The notes beneath the pieces were generated by a model that saw only the letters and a program-made list of their open reading frames with translations, was not told the origin of the DNA and did no database searches. DNA of 10,503 bases from Deltaproteobacteria bacterium TL4 (GTDB taxonomy: Bacteria > SAR324 > NAC60-12): positions 1 through 10,503 of the forward strand of contig JBBCAX010000267.1 in assembly GCA_051382335.1 (NCBI GenBank), in the 5' to 3' direction. Every line of letters starts with the position of its first letter. The stretch's first letter is position 1. A program made the translations under genes and the position numbers. Below, piece by piece: positions 7,410 to 10,503 of the stretch.

Positions 7410-8201
7410 CTACTTGTATTTTTTTAAGAATTTATCGGTTTCAGTAATAATGGTGCTGACTTCCTCGGAACCTAGCTTGCTGAGGGAGGTCACTTCCAAA
7501 TAAATGTTCATTGATTCAATCAGCGGATCAATTTCTGAGGCGGGTTGTTTTTCTTTTTTGGCTTCTTCCAAGGCTTTGAGGATGAAATTGGTGACAGAAG
7601 GCCGGTCCAGTAACAGTTTCGCATATTCATACTTGTTTTGTTTTTTGATTGAGGTCGCTAATAAGTTTTGACCTTGAACCCAGGCTGTTCCCTGGATAAT
7701 CCGATACACCAAATTTTTGCTATCGGCCTCTGTCGCAGTAGAAACGAGTTGAGCATAAGCGACATCAAGACGATTAACCAAGTCATCTCTGGAAATCGTC
7801 CGGTTTTCAAAGCGTAAGCGTAAACCTTCATACTCGTCAATATATTCTTGTTTCACCTCAAGCGCATTTAAAGCTTCTTTGACTTTGATTAAAAACCGTC
7901 CCAGGGTACGGTCGTCCATACGCTCGGAGGCCAATAATATGATCGCCAGGGTTCTCCCTAAATAAATTGCTCCCTCTTGTTGATTATTTTTGTTATATTG
8001 ATAAGTAAGGATGTTGAGGCTGACGGTAATTTCAGTTTCAATATCCAAGGCTTTCCCCCAAACAATCATTTCCACAGGTGAGGGAATAATCTGAAAAACA
8101 CGTGATGGTGAATTGGGATCAAGGCGTTCAACACCTTCGTTCTGGGCAGATGCGGCTAGGGGGAAGCATAACAAGAATATCCATAATATCGCGTTTTTCA
8201 T
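7410..8201 (-). CDS. Secreted/periplasmic alpha-helical hypothetical protein
   Basis: Likely start is ATG 8201 after GAGGA (263 aa). Signal peptide MKNAILWIFLLCFPLAASA|Q. The mature part is amphipathic-helical, with motifs IIPSPVEM and GAIYLGRTLA. No catalytic motif recognised. Confidence 0.85.
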   Translation of the reverse strand: MKNAILWIFLLCFPLAASAQNEGVERLDPNSPSRVFQIIPSPVEMIVWGKALDIETEITVSLNILTYQYNKNNQQEGAIYLGRTLAIILLASERMDDRTLGRFLIKVKEALNALEVKQEYIDEYEGLRLRFENRTISRDDLVNRLDVAYAQLVSTATEADSKNLVYRIIQGTAWVQGQNLLATSIKKQNKYEYAKLLLDRPSVTNFILKALEEAKKEKQPASEIDPLIESMNIYLEVTSLSKLGSEEVSTIITETDKFLKKYK

Positions 8202-8267
8202 AATTCCTCTTGAGAATATTGGTAACATTAGAAAGGGTCTTCAACTTTCGTTAAAATGATTTTTTGT

Positions 8268-8286
8268 AAGGGAATTAAATTTCCTT
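8268..8286. promoter_or_regulatory. Imperfect palindrome in the divergent promoter region, candidate operator
   Basis: AAGGGAATT-A-AATTTCCTT, 8/9 positions symmetric. A perfect TTGACA lies on the minus strand at 8306-8311. Confidence 0.3.
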
Positions 8287-8348
8287 TAACTTGCCACGTT
8301 GAGGATGTCAAGGAGTTTAGAGTTAATCCATAACACTTAGGAGTTTCC

Positions 8349-9170
8349 ATGAAAGTTCACCATCTTAATTGCGCGACCCTTTGTCCTTCAGGTTTTAGAC
8401 TTCAAAGTGCAGGAGAGCTTTTATTTCCTGCTCATTTAGTCTGTCACTGCTTACTGATTGAATCCAATCAGGGATTGATCTTAGTCGATACAGGCTTGGG
8501 ACTTCAGGATATTTATAATCCTGAAAGGCTGGGAACACTCTTTCGTGTCTCCACAGGGCCACGTCTTGCCCCTGAAGAAACAGCCTTGCGACAAATTAAA
8601 GCGTTAGGATTCCAACCGGAAGAGGTTCGTCATATCGTGGTGACTCATCTCGACCTGGATCATGCCGGAGGAATTTCAGATTTCCCTAAAGCGCGAATCC
8701 ATATTTTTTCAGAAGAATATACCGCAGCTCAACCCCCTCATGCATTTAAAGACCAAAGCCGTTATGTGGAGGCTCAATGGAAATATCACACCGAATGGGA
8801 TTTCCATTTTGTAGAAGAGGGGGAACGTTGGTTTGGTTTTGAACGCATTCAAATGCTACTAAATGTTGCCCCGGAGGTTTTACTCATTCCGTTGCAAGGT
8901 CATACCCGAGGACACTGTGCTGTTGCTGTACAAACGCCTCAAGGATGGTTACTGCACTGTGGCGATGCTTACGTTTATCACGGCGAGGTAGACCCTCACC
9001 ATTATCACTGTCCCCCAGCTTTCTCGCTCTTGCAACGTTTTAACGAGTTTGACAGGGAAATGCGTTTGCACAACCAACAACGTTTACGAGCGCTAGTCCG
9101 TGAACATTCCTCGGAGGTGCGAATTTTTTGTGCGCATGACCCCAAAGAATTATCCGATTTTCAAAATTAA
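8349..9170 (+). CDS. Metallo-beta-lactamase-fold hydrolase (AHL-lactonase-like group, HxDxDH variant)
   Basis: SD AGGAG at 8339-8343. Motifs LVDTGLG, THLDLDHAGG, GHTRGH, GDA and C-terminal AHDP give a full metal-ligand set. Substrate cannot be inferred. Confidence 0.93.
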   Translation: MKVHHLNCATLCPSGFRLQSAGELLFPAHLVCHCLLIESNQGLILVDTGLGLQDIYNPERLGTLFRVSTGPRLAPEETALRQIKALGFQPEEVRHIVVTHLDLDHAGGISDFPKARIHIFSEEYTAAQPPHAFKDQSRYVEAQWKYHTEWDFHFVEEGERWFGFERIQMLLNVAPEVLLIPLQGHTRGHCAVAVQTPQGWLLHCGDAYVYHGEVDPHHYHCPPAFSLLQRFNEFDREMRLHNQQRLRALVREHSSEVRIFCAHDPKELSDFQN

Positions 9171-9184
9171 AGTAAGAGTTTTCA

Positions 9185-10378
9185 ATGACATCAAAGTATG
9201 TACTTCCCTCACAAGAGGCTTTTCAATGTGATAAAGAATTACTTGGAGAAAAAGCATCTTATTTAGCATGGCTTACCCGCAATGCTTTTCCCGTTCCGGA
9301 ATGGGTGGTCTTGACCACTTCCGCCTTTGACCTGCATCTAAAACAGGCTGGCGGCAAAAAATGGATTGAGGAACAAATGCGAGACTTACCTTCTGACTCC
9401 GCAGAGTGTTCCAAACGACTTCAGGACCTCAGAGGAAAAATAATTCTTCAAGATCTCCCCCTTATTGTTAGCAGGGAGTTACAGAAACAATTAGAAGCCT
9501 TAACGCCTATCAATCACAATAGCTTTGCGATTCGATCCTCCGTGGTTGGAGAGGAATCTAAAACCTTATCTTTTGCGGGACAGCTGGATTCGTTTCTGTT
9601 TCAGAAAGAACTCCCTGATATTGCTGTGGCGATCAGGCGTTGCTACGCCAGTGCCTTTAGCGATCGTGTGATTCAATACCGAATTCTGCATCACTTGCCT
9701 CTAGATTCAATCGAAATGGCCGTGATCGTTCAAGTCATGGTTGAGGGGGAAATGTCAGGTGTGATGTGTACGGCGAATCCTCATAATGGCAGCAGAAAAC
9801 AGGCTGTGGTTTCAGCGGGTTATGGCATGGGCACAGGCATTATGTCTGGCGCCAGTGATGCTGATGAGTACATCATTGATTTGCATGACCGCAACGTGGT
9901 TTCGTGCCTCAGGGAAAAAAAGACTCAAATGGTTTTCGATCAGGAACAAGGTAAAGGCGTGAAAGCTTGTGATGTCGGAGATTTATTAAGCAACCGCCCT
10001 TGTCTCACTGAGGAAGAGGTACGTCTTTTAGTCATGAGAGGAAAAAACTTGGCGGAATTGATGGGAGCTCCGCAAAACATCGAGTGGACTTTCGCTCGCA
10101 AGGAACTCTATATCTTGCAAACTCGTCCGATCACCCAACTCCCTTATTATCAAGCCTATGAAGAAGATCAGGTGGTTTGGGACAACTTAAGAATACAAGA
10201 AAGTTTCTGTGGAGTGACCACACCGCTGACCTACTCCTTCGCGAAGCTGGCCTACGCGAAAGTGTATCGGCAATTGATGCTTAAACTCGGCTTGGGAAAA
10301 AAACACGATAGCGAATTTGAGCCTGTGTTGCAACATCTTCTTGGCTTAATTCAAGGACGTATCTATTCTGGACTTTGA
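9185..10378 (+). CDS. PEP/pyruvate-binding (PPDK_N, ATP-grasp) domain protein of the PEP synthase/rifampin phosphotransferase-like family, C-terminally truncated, possible pseudogene
   Basis: Motifs GEKA, FPVPEW, AIRSS..E..SFAGQ, AVIVQVMV, SGV, PQNIEW, LQTRPIT, then the start of a central domain (WDN..IQES..GVTTPLT.SF). It lacks the phospho-His swivel domain. Starts 14 nt after the MBL gene. Confidence 0.85.
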   Translation: MTSKYVLPSQEAFQCDKELLGEKASYLAWLTRNAFPVPEWVVLTTSAFDLHLKQAGGKKWIEEQMRDLPSDSAECSKRLQDLRGKIILQDLPLIVSRELQKQLEALTPINHNSFAIRSSVVGEESKTLSFAGQLDSFLFQKELPDIAVAIRRCYASAFSDRVIQYRILHHLPLDSIEMAVIVQVMVEGEMSGVMCTANPHNGSRKQAVVSAGYGMGTGIMSGASDADEYIIDLHDRNVVSCLREKKTQMVFDQEQGKGVKACDVGDLLSNRPCLTEEEVRLLVMRGKNLAELMGAPQNIEWTFARKELYILQTRPITQLPYYQAYEEDQVVWDNLRIQESFCGVTTPLTYSFAKLAYAKVYRQLMLKLGLGKKHDSEFEPVLQHLLGLIQGRIYSGL

Positions 10379-10503
10379 ACATTTGATTCATGGTTTTAGT
10401 TTTAATTATTCAATAATATCAGTGGTTTTATTTTATGAATGAATTAATGCAAGGTTATTATTTCCCGTTTTTCAGGCCAAACCTATCATTAATTCTAATA
10501 CGA

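Noticed and set aside
6754..7840. Short ORFs 6754-6981, 6758-6940, 7250-7447 and 7658-7840
   Set aside because: They are nested in or antisense to longer supported genes and show no motifs.
8349..10378. Calling these a beta-lactamase and rph or ppsA
   Set aside because: The MBL motif is the HxDxDH hydrolase variant rather than a class B beta-lactamase signature, and the second gene lacks the catalytic His domain.

Overview
This is a bacterial window of moderate GC; the taxon cannot be determined from the sequence. The minus strand carries four co-oriented genes. In transcription order they are: a secreted helical protein of unknown function (7410-8201); a 1113-aa ABCG/White-type half ABC transporter with an unusual N-terminal stack (PilZ, two possible TerB-like helical units, degenerate FHA-like segment; 3954-7295); a small secreted PPC-like beta-sandwich protein (3494-3943); and an orphan membrane kinase with an extracellular jelly-roll, 7TM, PAS-like, HPt and CheA-type ATPase domains but no CheW domain (406-3243). 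Divergently on the plus strand are a metallo-beta-lactamase-fold hydrolase (8349-9170) and a PEP-synthase/rifampin-phosphotransferase-like gene that stops early in its central domain (9185-10378). Downstream of the kinase is a 140-bp MITE-like element (18-bp TIRs, TAG target duplication) enclosing a GTAG-REP doublet (REPIN). The best candidate for an undescribed system is the three-gene module built around the PilZ-fused ABCG transporter. Domain calls come from motif recognition by eye, not database searches.
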